Source: Tubulanus polymorphus (Eukaryota; Animalia; Nemertea). Taken from it: a stretch of DNA of 64,000 nt. Below the pieces are notes generated by a model. The model ran no database searches. It saw only the letters and a program-made list of their open reading frames with translations, and was not told where the DNA came from. Every line of letters begins with the position of its first letter. Position 1 is the stretch's first letter. Made by a program: the position numbers and the translations under genes. Below, piece after piece: positions 27,535-38,514 of this stretch. The DNA lies in NCBI RefSeq assembly GCF_964204645.1, contig NC_134028.1, positions 12,323,263-12,387,262 of the forward strand. The letters are read 5' to 3'.

Positions 27535-29007
27535 ATGGATGTAGAAGGTGGAGAAGATTATGAAATGGAAAACATGGGAAATAATAATGATGCCAATACT
27601 AACGATGATGATTATATGACTGCTGATACTAATATTGATAATGATGGTAATGAATCATCATATAATTCTAATTTAGCAGAAAGTGGTTCTAAAGCCCCAT
27701 CAACAGATGAATTTGATAGAAGAACTAAATCGAGAATACCTCCTGAAAATTTAAATCAAGGTTTAGAAAGAGCAAATTTTGAAAATTATGAATTTATGTA
27801 TGATTTTCAACGTGTATTTAAAGATTCTGGATATAATATAAATAATAGAGGCGCCAGACTTTTAGTACAAGAATTAAAGTTTTTAGATGGTAAATATTAT
27901 TATCATGTGAAAGATAAATCGGATTATTATATTAATATCTCTAATAAAAATCAAGACAAAATAATAGCAAAATCAACTTTGCTTAAGTCTGACTCATTAC
28001 TATCTAGAATTAAGAGAATAAGAAATAGTAATGAAATAGAAGATGTAACGCAAGAAGAAATAAATCAAAATAAAAGAGTATTTAAACTAAGAATTAATAA
28101 ATTATTTGAAACAATCAAAGATAATCCAGAAACAGAAACAACTTCTGAACAGAATATAAATTCCAAAACTAGTAAACTTAAATCAAATAAAGTTCCAATT
28201 GAAAAACTTTTACCGAATGGATTAATTGATGCAACAGATCAACAATTAGAAGATTTAAATAATATATTTTCTGATAAAGCAATTAGAGAGATTATTAGTA
28301 TAAGAAATGAAGCTGATAAAATTGCGCATGATAAAAGTATAAGAAATTTAAAAATTAGAACTTTAGAAAAAGAATTAACTGATAAAAATAAAGAAATAGA
28401 ACAATTAAAATTAGATAGAGATAATAAAGTTAATGAGGAAATTGAATTTAAAAAAAGAAATGCATATTTAGAAAAAGAAATTGATGATTTAGAATATAAC
28501 ATAGAATTACAAAAAGAAGAAATTAAATTATTGTTAAAATCATATGATTATAATATAGATAGATTAAAAGTTATTTTTAAAGATTTGTTGATAAAACCAA
28601 ATTCTGAAATATCATTGAAAGATAGAATAAAGTTATTATTTAAATTAGAAGGAATAACAATTCTTTCAATTCTAACAGCTGTAACTATGTTATTTACAAC
28701 AATTGGTTTAGCAATATCAAATGCTTTAAAATCTACTCCTACTCCAAATAAACCGGATAAAACCCGAGGTAATAATTCTATACAAGATAAAGTTAAAGAT
28801 GGTTTAAAGAAATTAGCAAAATATTTATGGGAACTATCTAAAAAATCTGCTGCAGCTTTACCAGGAATTATTGCATCAATTGTTGGTTTTATATTGAAAT
28901 CTGCTGGGAATATTCTTAACTTTGCTGCTGAACATATTATTTTATTTTTAATTACAGTTGTAAGTGCTATTATTTTTGGGTTAGTGAATATGATTAAAAA
29001 TAAATAA
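27535..29007 (+). CDS. Acidic/coiled-coil protein with C-terminal TM helices (490 aa), copy 1
   Basis: Intact ORF, homolog of 39830-41272. Confidence 0.8.
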   Translation: MDVEGGEDYEMENMGNNNDANTNDDDYMTADTNIDNDGNESSYNSNLAESGSKAPSTDEFDRRTKSRIPPENLNQGLERANFENYEFMYDFQRVFKDSGYNINNRGARLLVQELKFLDGKYYYHVKDKSDYYINISNKNQDKIIAKSTLLKSDSLLSRIKRIRNSNEIEDVTQEEINQNKRVFKLRINKLFETIKDNPETETTSEQNINSKTSKLKSNKVPIEKLLPNGLIDATDQQLEDLNNIFSDKAIREIISIRNEADKIAHDKSIRNLKIRTLEKELTDKNKEIEQLKLDRDNKVNEEIEFKKRNAYLEKEIDDLEYNIELQKEEIKLLLKSYDYNIDRLKVIFKDLLIKPNSEISLKDRIKLLFKLEGITILSILTAVTMLFTTIGLAISNALKSTPTPNKPDKTRGNNSIQDKVKDGLKKLAKYLWELSKKSAAALPGIIASIVGFILKSAGNILNFAAEHIILFLITVVSAIIFGLVNMIKNK

Positions 29008-29027
29008 TTAATTTTTTTGTTAAATAA

Positions 29028-30272
29028 AAGAGTGGGAGTTATATAAGTCCTTCTAAGATTTCTAGAATATCTAATGCTATTAAAGCAGAAAGATCACATC
29101 ATATAATTACTTAAAAATCCTTCAAATATTAATCCCGATGAAACTTTATATGTTAGAATTCCTAGATTAACACAAAATACTTTTTATGTTCCAAATAGTA
29201 TTTATTTATCAGCTGATATAAAAGTAACTGGTCATGATAATAATTATGTTGTTGATAATGTTGGGAGATATTTGATTAAAAAATTAACTATAAAGATTGG
29301 TCCAGAAACAGTTTTCTCATTAGATGATTATAATTTATTTATGCATTATAAAGATTTATGGTTAACTAAAGAAAATAGAAATAATATGATATTTCAGGGT
29401 ATTCAATCGGAAAACCATAATAAATTAAGATCAGGAGCTAATGACGCAATAGTAACTCGTGCCACAGATAATTTGATTAAAAAGATTTATGGAAGCAAAT
29501 GTAAAATTCCATTAGACTTTGAATTGATAAATAATAATGCACATTTATATAAATACGCAATTCAAGAAGATATTATATTTGAGATAACATTTGCTCCTGT
29601 AAATGAAATTGTATTATCTAGCGTTGTTAAAGATATGGGTTATAAATTATCGAATATATGTTTAGAATATGACACAGTAACTAATGAAAATATTGCTAGC
29701 ACAATTCAAACTCAATACAATCAAGGATTTTCATTATTATATGATTATATTGATAAATTTAAAACTGTAACTATTAATGCAAATGATGAAATAATTAATG
29801 AGAATATTAACTTCCCAAGAAGATCTATTAAAGGTATATTGATATTTTTTACCATTGCAACATATTCTAATGGTGCAATAAAGGTAGATAATTATTATAA
29901 TCCTGAAATAACAAAAGTAGAAATAAATATCGAAGGAATAGCAAATAAAATATTTTGTCAAGGAATGAGAATGATAGATCAGTGGCCAGAAATTAGAAAA
30001 CATTTTATGAATGAAAAAGTAAAATCATTTGAAAATTGTAATATTAATCAAATTGATTATTATACCGGCAATAAATATGCATTATGGTTAGATTTTAGAA
30101 CAACAGAGGATAATTCATTACATGGTTCTGGGAAAAAACTACAAAATACTAAAGATGGAATACAATTATTCATGGCGATGAAAAGAGGAGAAATTTCAAA
30201 ATGCCCATTTATATTATATCTGACGCACAATTAAATATTGTAAATTCACAATTAGATAGTATTCAATATTAG
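29028..30272 (+). pseudogene. Major capsid protein candidate, copy 1
   Basis: Homolog of 38515-39762. ATG mutated to AAG, plus frameshifts. Confidence 0.7.
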
Positions 30273-30302
30273 AAATATAAAGTTAAAATTAACGATATAT
30301 AA

Positions 30303-31440
30303 ATGGGTGGTAAATAAAAAACTAAAAACTCCTAATACTAAAGAACAATATTCAAGAAATTTATATTACAACCCTGAGAGTTCGGTTGCTTATTCTTCTA
30401 CTAAAAATATATGGCGTCAAGTAAAACAAGATAAATTAGATAAGATAATCCCACAAAATTTAGTTAAATATAAAGATATAAATGAATTTATGTTAGAACA
30501 ACCAACATACACAACACATAAAAAAATTGTTAGAAAATATAAAACTCGTAAAACTATGGTAAGTTATGTAGATCAACAGTGGCAAGGAGATTTAATTGAT
30601 ATGAAAAATGTTAAGAAAGATAATAATGACTATTGGTGGTTATTGAATATAATTGATTTTTTTAGTCGTTATGTATGGAGTTTCCCACTTTATAGAAAAG
30701 ATGCTGTACAAACATCAAATGTTTTAAGAAAATTTCTTTCGGATGATAAACTAAAACCAGAAAAAATACAATTTGATGATGGAAAAGAGTTTGATAATTC
30801 ACTTGTTCATGAACTCTTAGATAATCATAATATTAAATATTTTTCAACAAAATCGGATAAAAAAGCAGCAGTTGTTGAACGATTTAATAGAACATTAAGA
30901 ACAAGAATGTGGAAATATTTTATAGCAAATAATACTTTTAAATGGATTGATGTTTTACCAAAATTGATAGAAGGATATAATAATTCTTATCATTCTTCTA
31001 TTGGAATGAAAGCTATTGATGCTAGAAAACCTGAAAATGCTGAAATTGTTTGGAATAATTTATATGGAGCATTTCTTGTAGATGATTTTGGTGAACCTAA
31101 ATTTAAAGTTGGTCAAAATGTTAGAATTTCTAAGTATAAAAAGATATTTGACAAAGGATACGATCGAAATTTTACTAGGTAAATATATAAAATACAAAAG
31201 GTAATAACAACAAAACCATATGTCTATAAATTAGAAGATTTAGATGGTGAAGAAGTTGATGGCTACTTTTACGAAGAAGAATTAAGTTTAACTACTGAAA
31301 ATCTAGAACAAGAATATAAAATTGAAAAAGTATTAAAAACAAAAACTATTAAAAGAAAAAAATATTCTTTAGTAAAATGGGTAGAATGGCCAGATAAATT
31401 TAATGAATGGATATTATCAAGTAAAATTAAAAATATATAA
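30303..31440 (+). pseudogene. RVE integrase with chromodomain, copy 1
   Basis: DDE motifs as in copy 2. Disrupted near the start and at ~31180. Confidence 0.9.
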
Positions 31441-32041
31441 ATGAATAAGGAATTATTTATATTTGAGCCTCATAATATGTTAATTTCTGGTGTAACAAAT
31501 TGTGGAAAAACTTATTTTATATTAAATTTATTAGAAACTGTTTATGAAAACTATTTTGATAATATAGTATTATTTTGTCCAACATATGAATTTAATCTAA
31601 CTTATGATAGAAATATTACTAGAAATAATAAATTTATTATATTAGATCCTAAAACAGTAAAAGAAAATTTAGATAATTGTATAAAAATAGCAATTGATAT
31701 TTATAAAGGATCAAATACATTATTTATCATAGATGATTGCGCAAATTTACATGATTCAAAAGTTAGAGAAAGTGAGTTATGCTATTTAGCTTTTTCTGGC
31801 AGACATTTTGGGATAACAACTTGGGTTTTAAATCAAAAATATAATTCAATTGTTAAAGACTTTAGAGAAAACATTAGATTTATTCTACAATAAAGATAGA
31901 AAATCGATGAAAAATGCACTTGAGGAAAATGATATTATTCCACATGATTTACATAATGAATATATGGATAAGTTGAAAAATATTAAAAGATCAAAATTAC
32001 TATTTAGATTACAACACCCATTTAAATATGAATTTATTTAA
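31441..32041 (+). pseudogene. A32-like packaging ATPase, copy 1
   Basis: GVTNCGKT, FIIDD, GRH..I. An 8-bp deletion causes a frameshift near 31880. Confidence 0.88.
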
Positions 32042-32042
32042 A

Positions 32043-32315
32043 TTCAACTAGCTTGTTAATCTAGTTGAATTCTAGTTACATTCTAGTTGAATTCTAGTTA
32101 TTGGTAGTTGTAACAAAAATCAACTAGATTTAACAATATTTTAACTAGCTTGTTAATCTAGTTTAATTCTAGTTACATTCTAGTTGAATTCTAGTTGTTA
32201 GTAGTTGAAACAAAAATCAACTAGATTTAACAAGAAATAAACAAAAACAACAATATTTCAACTAGCTTGTTAATCTAGTTGAATTCTAGTTAAATTCTAG
32301 TTGAATTCTAGTTGC
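32043..32315. repeat. CTAG-rich intergenic repeat with nested inverted repeats (copy 1)
   Basis: Units TCAACTAGCTTGTTAATCTAGTTGAATTCTAGTT. Equivalent blocks at ~36485-36745 and ~55615-55790. Confidence 0.85.
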
Positions 32316-32345
32316 AACATCACAACTAATTTTTTTGTTATATAA

Positions 32346-33228
32346 ATGGTAGGTGAAAAGAAAATAAAATCTAAAAATGGTGATGTTCCAATTGAAAAAA
32401 CTTTAGATGATTTAGGAATAACAGAAAACAAATAAATTCCAGATGATGGTGCTTTAAATAATGTTACAACAAATAATAATTATGAATATTATCTTTACTG
32501 TAAACATCAATTAGAAATATTAATAGCATCTGGAAAATGTAAAAATTTTGTCGGTAAAAATTTAACTTATAATGAATTAGATACAGTGAAATCAGATGAA
32601 ATTATTAGATTATTTAAGATTTATGAAGCCGCGAGAACAGCTAGAATCAATGACGCGATATCAGAAAATGTAGTAAAAGGTTATAGTAAATTATGTAATT
32701 ATATACTACCAATTGAAGATGAAAATAGATTATATTCCGATTTAAAAAATGATTATTTAGTTATGACTGAATTAAATGAATGGATTGGATATTTATCATT
32801 TCAATTAGGTGGATTTATGACATTATTATCAACTGGGATTATAACATTTTCAAATATTGAAAGTAAAAAATGTTCTATAATAAATGAGCGAGGTGGAAGA
32901 AGTGAAGGAATTAACTGTGAAGAAAAAACCGAGATCACAGAAACAAATTGAATGGTCTCGGCAATTAGGAATTAAATCACAAGAATATAAAAAAGCTGTA
33001 AAAGAAAAAATACGTAATAAAAATGTTAATAAAAATGGTGAAAATATTGTTATTTCTAATCCTTCTAATGATAGAATATGTGATAAATGTCTATATTTTA
33101 CAGTTGGATTTGTAATTGTATTCATTTTGATTGGGTGTAATTGGTATAAGAAATCAAATAAAATTCATGATATTAATAATTCTGAAACAACTGCTATCAA
33201 AAATGAAATTCTGAAATTCCATAATTGA
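32346..33228 (+). pseudogene. Two overlapping membrane-protein genes of copy 1 (32346-32951 with a stop; 32884-33228)
   Basis: Homologs of 35849-36454 and 35545-35916. Confidence 0.75.
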
Positions 33229-33401
33229 CAATAAAAAAAATGGATTAATATTTTAGAAAAAAAGCAAAAAAATAATTTTTTTAATTAATTGAATATTAAT
33301 TGAATATCTTTTGTCTATCTATGCGGAGAAATTAAATTGACCAGATAAGTCATTTCGGATTCTAGATAATCATTATTTTTATTAATTTATTTTTTTTAAA
33401 T

Positions 33402-33727
33402 TTAATCAACAATTTCTAAATCATGATGGCCATCTTCATTTTTTCCATGATAGATTATTTTAAATCCTTCTAAATCTTTTAATTCCTCTATACTCAATGA
33501 AACCCATTTATTAGGTAAAAATACTTTAAATTCTCGTGATGTACTAACATTACAGTAGCTTAAATTAGCTGATACTTTCTCTCCATATTTAGTTTTTATC
33601 TTTTCTAATTTCAATATTTTATGTTCAATTTCTTTTGTAACATCAACTAACTTTTTTATTTCAAATTGTTTTTTGCTGGTTTTATTCTGTTATTTATTGT
33701 TGCTAAGAATGCTTTTCTATCTCCCAT
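33402..33727 (-). pseudogene. TIR-adjacent small protein, copy 1 (1-bp deletion)
   Basis: Homolog of 35024-35350. Confidence 0.75.
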
Positions 33728-34026
33728 TTATAAGGAAAACAAATTACTTGTGGTGATGAGTGGGGATTACTTCGCCTTGTATATAACAAACACGCTATTA
33801 ACCGTTCTCACCCAAGCCTCACAGCATCTATTTATCCGAGCACAGTTGACACGCGATCACTGTACTACAGTAATAGCACACGCGTTAATAACCGTTCTCA
33901 GTAGAGACTCACTGTATCGATCTATCCACGCGCAGCTGTTGTTACGCGCACTCACTGTATATGTGTATCACAGAGCAATCGTCCGTTCTCACTAGAGCCT
34001 AGCTGTGATGAGTGGTGTCTCGTACT

Positions 34027-34666
34027 GGGTTGAATTATTATTTTGAGTTATGATATTTTGAATTAAGATGGTGGGATTTATTGCTTAAAGTATGATATTT
34101 TCCACAATCACACAACACTTTTTCATTAGGTTCATATTTAGGCGTAACAATTTCATTATCTAAGTTACATTGAACTGCAACATCTTTGAATGATTTTTCA
34201 TTATCTAATTCACATTGAATACCAATATTTGATAAACTTTCATTATAGATAATTTGTTTATCATCAAAATAATCTTTTCCTAAAATATTATTACTCAAAT
34301 TTTGATGGTGTTTTTGTGATTCGAGATGTCTTTTATAATTCCTTTTTACTATAAATTCATTACAAACTTCACATTTTATTTCATCCACATTCATATTTTC
34401 TAATCGTTCCTTTCTTTCATTGGATTTCTGGAGTTTCAAAATCTATTACATTTTTTATATGATTTGCAGATTTTTCATGATGAGATTTATTAGATTTATT
34501 AATGTATTTTTTACAATATGGACAATGATATTGATTTTCATTAACATTAATGTTTTCTGGCTGGTGTTCATTCTCCCCCATTTATTAGGAAAAAAAATCA
34601 CTTGTGGTGATGAGTGGTGTCTAGTACTCTAGTACTCTGGTATGAAAACGCCATCTTCTAATTACT
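34027..34666 (-). mobile_element. Terminal remnant of a variant element carrying a short zinc-finger gene (~34580-34038)
   Basis: TIR ends ...CTTCTAATTACT at 34666. The ORF shares the polB N-terminal zinc fingers (MGENEHQPE..., CEVCNEF) and then diverges. Confidence 0.7.
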
Positions 34667-34907
34667 TATATCTATGTACTTTCTTTAATTTCATTCCTTG
34701 TTTTAGATACAATTTTAACATTCTATAATCAACAATATAATTGTATTTATTATTTTGATTAAGTATTAATTTTTCTGTAAAAACATGATCTTTCGGTTTT
34801 ATTTTCTTCTGATATTCACTTAAATAACTATCATCTACGGTTCAATGTTCTGGGCAATAAGGTAAGTTTCTTGTTTTAAACTTTATATTTTCAGTATATT
34901 CTAAATC
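34667..34907 (-). pseudogene. polB: 241-bp internal polB fragment between two element termini
   Basis: Matches ~48221-48461 (DLEY.ENIKFKTRNLPYCPEH...KKVHRYI). Confidence 0.88.
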
Positions 34908-35023
34908 AGTAATTAGAATATGTGGGTTTCATACCAGAGGACGAGAGGACGAGACACCACTCATCACCACAAGTAATTTTTTTCCTAACACTCATCACCA
35001 CAAGTAATTTTTTTTCCTAATAA

Positions 35024-35350
35024 ATGGGAGATAGAAAAGCATTCTTCGCAACAATAAATAACAGAATAAAACCAGCAAAAAAACAATTTGAAATAAAAAA
35101 GTTAGTTGATGTTACAAAAGAAATTGAACATAAAATATTGAAATTAGAAAAGATAAAAACTAAATATGGAGAGAAAGTATCAGCTAATTTAAGCTACTGT
35201 AATGTTAGTACATCGCGAGAATTTAAAGTGTTTTTACCCGATAAATGGGTTTCATTGAGTACGGAGGAATTGAAAGATTTAGTAGGATTTAAAATAATAT
35301 ATCATGGGAAAAATGAAGACGGTCATCATGATTTAGAAATTGTTGATTAA
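35024..35350 (+). CDS. 108-aa TIR-adjacent protein, possible OB-fold ssDNA-binding protein
   Basis: Intact ORF at TAAATG. Beta-strand-rich pattern with TKYG, FKVFLP and IIYHG. The fold is a guess. Confidence 0.55.
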   Translation: MGDRKAFFATINNRIKPAKKQFEIKKLVDVTKEIEHKILKLEKIKTKYGEKVSANLSYCNVSTSREFKVFLPDKWVSLSTEELKDLVGFKIIYHGKNEDGHHDLEIVD

Positions 35351-35544
35351 ATTTAAAAAAAAATAGATTAATAAAAATAATGAATATCTAGAATCCGAAA
35401 TGACTTATCTGGACAATTTAATTGCTCCACATAGATGGTGCCATAAACAACACCCACACAGTGATAGACAAAAGTAGTGAGATGGTGCCGTACGGCACCC
35501 ACATGGTGATATTCAATTATTTTTTTTGCTTTTTTTCTAAAATA

Positions 35545-35916
35545 TTAATCCATTTTTTTTATTATCAATTTTGGAATTTCAGAAGTACTTTCATTTTTGA
35601 TAGCAGTTGGTTCAGAATTACTACTAATATCATGAATTTTATTTGATTTCTTATACCAATTATACCCAATCAAAATGAATACAATTACAAATCCAACTGT
35701 AAAATATAAATATTTATCAAATATTCTACTATCAGAAGGAGTAGAAATAACAATATTTTCACCATTTTTATTAACATTTTTATTACTTATTTTTTCTTTT
35801 ACAGCTTTTTTATATTCTTGTGATTTAATTCCTAATTGTCGAGACCATTCAATTTGTTTCTGAGTTCTCGGTTTTTTCTTCACAGTTAATTCCTTCACTT
35901 CTTTCACCTCGCTCAT
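35545..35916 (-). CDS. Basic protein with a single TM helix (123 aa)
   Basis: KKPRTQKQIEW N-terminus and hydrophobic YLYFTVGFVIVFILIGY. Present in 3 copies. Confidence 0.75.
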   Translation of the reverse strand: MSEVKEVKELTVKKKPRTQKQIEWSRQLGIKSQEYKKAVKEKISNKNVNKNGENIVISTPSDSRIFDKYLYFTVGFVIVFILIGYNWYKKSNKIHDISSNSEPTAIKNESTSEIPKLIIKKMD

Positions 35917-36454
35917 TTATTATAGAAATATTTTTACTTTCAATATTTGAAAATGTTATAACCCCGGTTGATAATAATGTCATAAATCCACCTAATTGAA
36001 ATGATAAATATCCAATCCATTTATTTAATTCAGTCATAACTAAATAATCATTTTTTAAATCGGAATATAATCTATTTTCATCTTCAATTGGTAGTATATA
36101 ATTACATAATTTACTATAACCTTTTACTACATTTTCTGATATCGCGTCATTAATTTTAGCTGTTCTCGCGGCTTCATAAATCTTAAATAATCTAATAATT
36201 TCAACTGATTTCATTGTATCTAATTCATTATAAGTTAAATTTTTATCAACAAATTTTTTACATTTTCCAGATGCTATTAATATTTCTAATTGATGTTTGC
36301 AATAAAGATAATATTCATAATTATTATTTGTTGTAACATTATTTAAGGCACCATCATCTGGAATTAATTTTGTTTCTGTTATTCCTAAATCATCTAAAGT
36401 TTTTTCAATTGGAACATCACCATTTTTAGATTTTATTTTCTTTTCACCTCCCAT
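35849..36454 (-). CDS. Unknown protein (~201 aa, starts MGGEKK) with hydrophobic C-terminal segment
   Basis: Present in 3 copies. Start chosen by comparison with the TAAATG starts in copies 1 and 3. Confidence 0.75.
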   Translation of the reverse strand: MGGEKKIKSKNGDVPIEKTLDDLGITETKLIPDDGALNNVTTNNNYEYYLYCKHQLEILIASGKCKKFVDKNLTYNELDTMKSVEIIRLFKIYEAARTAKINDAISENVVKGYSKLCNYILPIEDENRLYSDLKNDYLVMTELNKWIGYLSFQLGGFMTLLSTGVITFSNIESKNISIINERGERSEGINCEEKTENSETN

Positions 36455-36747
36455 TTTTATAATAAAAAAATTAGTTGTGATGTTGCAACTAGAATTTAAC
36501 AAGAATGTAACTAGAATTCAACTAGATTAACAAGCTAGTTGAAATATTGTTGTTTTTGTTTATTTCTTGTTAAATCTAGTTGATTTTTGTTTCAACTACT
36601 AACAACTAGAATTCAACTAGAATGTAACTAGAATTAAAATAGATTAACAAGCTAGTTAAAATATTGTTAAATCTATTTGATTTTTGTTACAACTACTAAT
36701 AACTAGAATTCAACTAGAATTCAACTAGATTAACAAACTAATTGAAT

Positions 36748-37356
36748 TTAAATAAATTCATATCTAAATGGGTGTTGTAATCTAAATAGTAATTTTGATA
36801 TTTTAATATTTTTCAACTTATCCATATATTCATTATGTAAATCATGTGGAATAATATCATTTTCCTCAAGTGCATTTTTCATCGATTTTCTATCTTTATT
36901 GTAGAATAAAACTAGAAATCTAATGTTTTCTCTAAAGTCTTTAACAATTGAATTATATTTTTGATTTAAAACCCAAGTTGTTATCCCAAAATGTCTCCCA
37001 GAGAAAGCTAAATAGCATAACTCACTTTCTCTAATTTTTGAATCATGTAAATTTGCACAATCATCTATGATAAATAATGTATTTGATCCTTTATAAATAT
37101 CAATTGCTATTTTTATACAATCATCTAAATTTTCTTTTACTGTTTTAGGATCTAATATAATAAATTTATTATTCCTAGTAATATTTCTATCATAAGTTTG
37201 ATTAAATTCATATGTTGGACAAAATAATACTATATTATCAAAATAGTTTTTGTAAACAGTTTCTAATAAATTTAATATAAAATAAATTTTTCCACAATTT
37301 GTTACACCAGAAATTAACATATTATGAGGCTCAAATATAAATAATTCTTTATTCAT
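36748..37356 (-). CDS. A32/FtsK-like genome packaging ATPase
   Basis: Walker A GVTNCGK(I), Walker B LFIIDD, arginine-finger GRHFGI and LNQ motif. Confidence 0.9.
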   Translation of the reverse strand: MNKELFIFEPHNMLISGVTNCGKIYFILNLLETVYKNYFDNIVLFCPTYEFNQTYDRNITRNNKFIILDPKTVKENLDDCIKIAIDIYKGSNTLFIIDDCANLHDSKIRESELCYLAFSGRHFGITTWVLNQKYNSIVKDFRENIRFLVLFYNKDRKSMKNALEENDIIPHDLHNEYMDKLKNIKISKLLFRLQHPFRYEFI

Positions 37357-38484
37357 TTATATATTTTTAATTTTACTTGATAATATCCATTCATTGAATT
37401 TATCTGGCCATCCAACCCATTTTACTAAAGAATATTTTTTTCTTTTAATAGTTTTTGTTTTTAATACTTTTTCAATTTTATATTCTTGTTCTAGATTTTC
37501 AGTAGTTAAACTTAATTCTTCTTCATAAAAGTAACCATCAACTTCTTCACCATCTAAATCTTCTAATTTATAGACATATGGTTTTGTTGTTATTACCTTT
37601 TTTATTTTATATATTTCTCTAGTAAAATTTCGATCGTATCCTTTGTCAAATATCTTTTTATACTTAGAAATTCTAACATTTTGACCAACTTTAAATTTAG
37701 GTTCACCAAAATCATCTACAAGAAATGCTCCATATAAATTATTCCAAACAATTTCAGCATTTTCAGGTTTTCTAGCATCAATAGGTTTCATTCCAATAGA
37801 AGAATGATAAGAATTATTATATCCTTCTATCAATTTTGGTAAAACATCAATCCATTTAAAAGTATTATTTGCTGTAAAATATTTCCACATTCTTGTTCTT
37901 AATGTTCTATTAAATCGTTCAACAACTGCTGCTTTTTTATCTGATTTTGTTGAAAAATATTTAATATTATGATTATCTAAGAGTTCATGAACAAGTGAAT
38001 TATCAAACTCTTTTCCATCATCAAATTGTATTTTTTCTGGATTTAGTTTATCATCCGAAAGAAATTTTCTTAAAACATTTGATGTTTGTACAGCATCTTT
38101 TCTATAAAGTGGGAAACTCCATACATAACGACTAAAAATATCAATTATATTCAATAACCACCAATAATCATCATTATCTTTCTTAACATTTTTCATATCA
38201 ATTAAATCTCCTTGCCACTGTTGATCTACATAACTTACCATAGTTTTACGAGTTTTATATTTTCTAACAATTTTTTTATGTGTTGTATATGTTGGTTGTT
38301 CTAACATAAATTCATTTATATCTTTATATTTAACTAAATTTTGTGGGATTATCTTATCTAATTTATCTTGTTTTACTTTACACCATATATTTTTAGTAGA
38401 AGAATAAGCAACCGAACTCTCAGGGTTGTAATATAAATTTCTTAAATATTGTTCTTTAGTATTAGGAGTTTTTTTACCACTCAT
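37357..38484 (-). CDS. Retroviral-like (RVE) integrase with C-terminal chromodomain
   Basis: WQGDLIDM (D), IQFDDGKEF (D), VVERFNRTL (E), and chromodomain YKIEKVL...LVKWVGWPDKFNEWI. Confidence 0.95.
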   Translation of the reverse strand: MSGKKTPNTKEQYLRNLYYNPESSVAYSSTKNIWCKVKQDKLDKIIPQNLVKYKDINEFMLEQPTYTTHKKIVRKYKTRKTMVSYVDQQWQGDLIDMKNVKKDNDDYWWLLNIIDIFSRYVWSFPLYRKDAVQTSNVLRKFLSDDKLNPEKIQFDDGKEFDNSLVHELLDNHNIKYFSTKSDKKAAVVERFNRTLRTRMWKYFTANNTFKWIDVLPKLIEGYNNSYHSSIGMKPIDARKPENAEIVWNNLYGAFLVDDFGEPKFKVGQNVRISKYKKIFDKGYDRNFTREIYKIKKVITTKPYVYKLEDLDGEEVDGYFYEEELSLTTENLEQEYKIEKVLKTKTIKRKKYSLVKWVGWPDKFNEWILSSKIKNI

Positions 38485-38514
38485 TTATATATCCTTAATT
38501 TTAACTTTATATTT

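Larger units (their letters stand above)
17423..34026 (+). mobile_element. Polinton/Maverick-like endogenous virus, copy 1 (degraded, right terminus clipped)
   Basis: Starts at terminus AGTAATAGGGAAAGTGGGCTTTCATACCAGAGG. Carries pPolB, capsid candidates, integrase and ATPase. Inverted TIR sequence at ~33730-34026. Confidence 0.93.

Noticed and set aside
33666-33995. ORFs across the TIR cassette (also 51487-51741)
   Set aside because: They start at non-ATG or internal codons within repeat-built TIR sequence, and their ends differ between copies. Coding is not supported, though not excluded.
17423-34990. Simple inversion between copies 1 and 2 explaining the TIR cassette pattern
   Set aside because: It predicts matching TSDs for the 17423 and 34908 termini (ACCATT versus GATTTA), which do not match.
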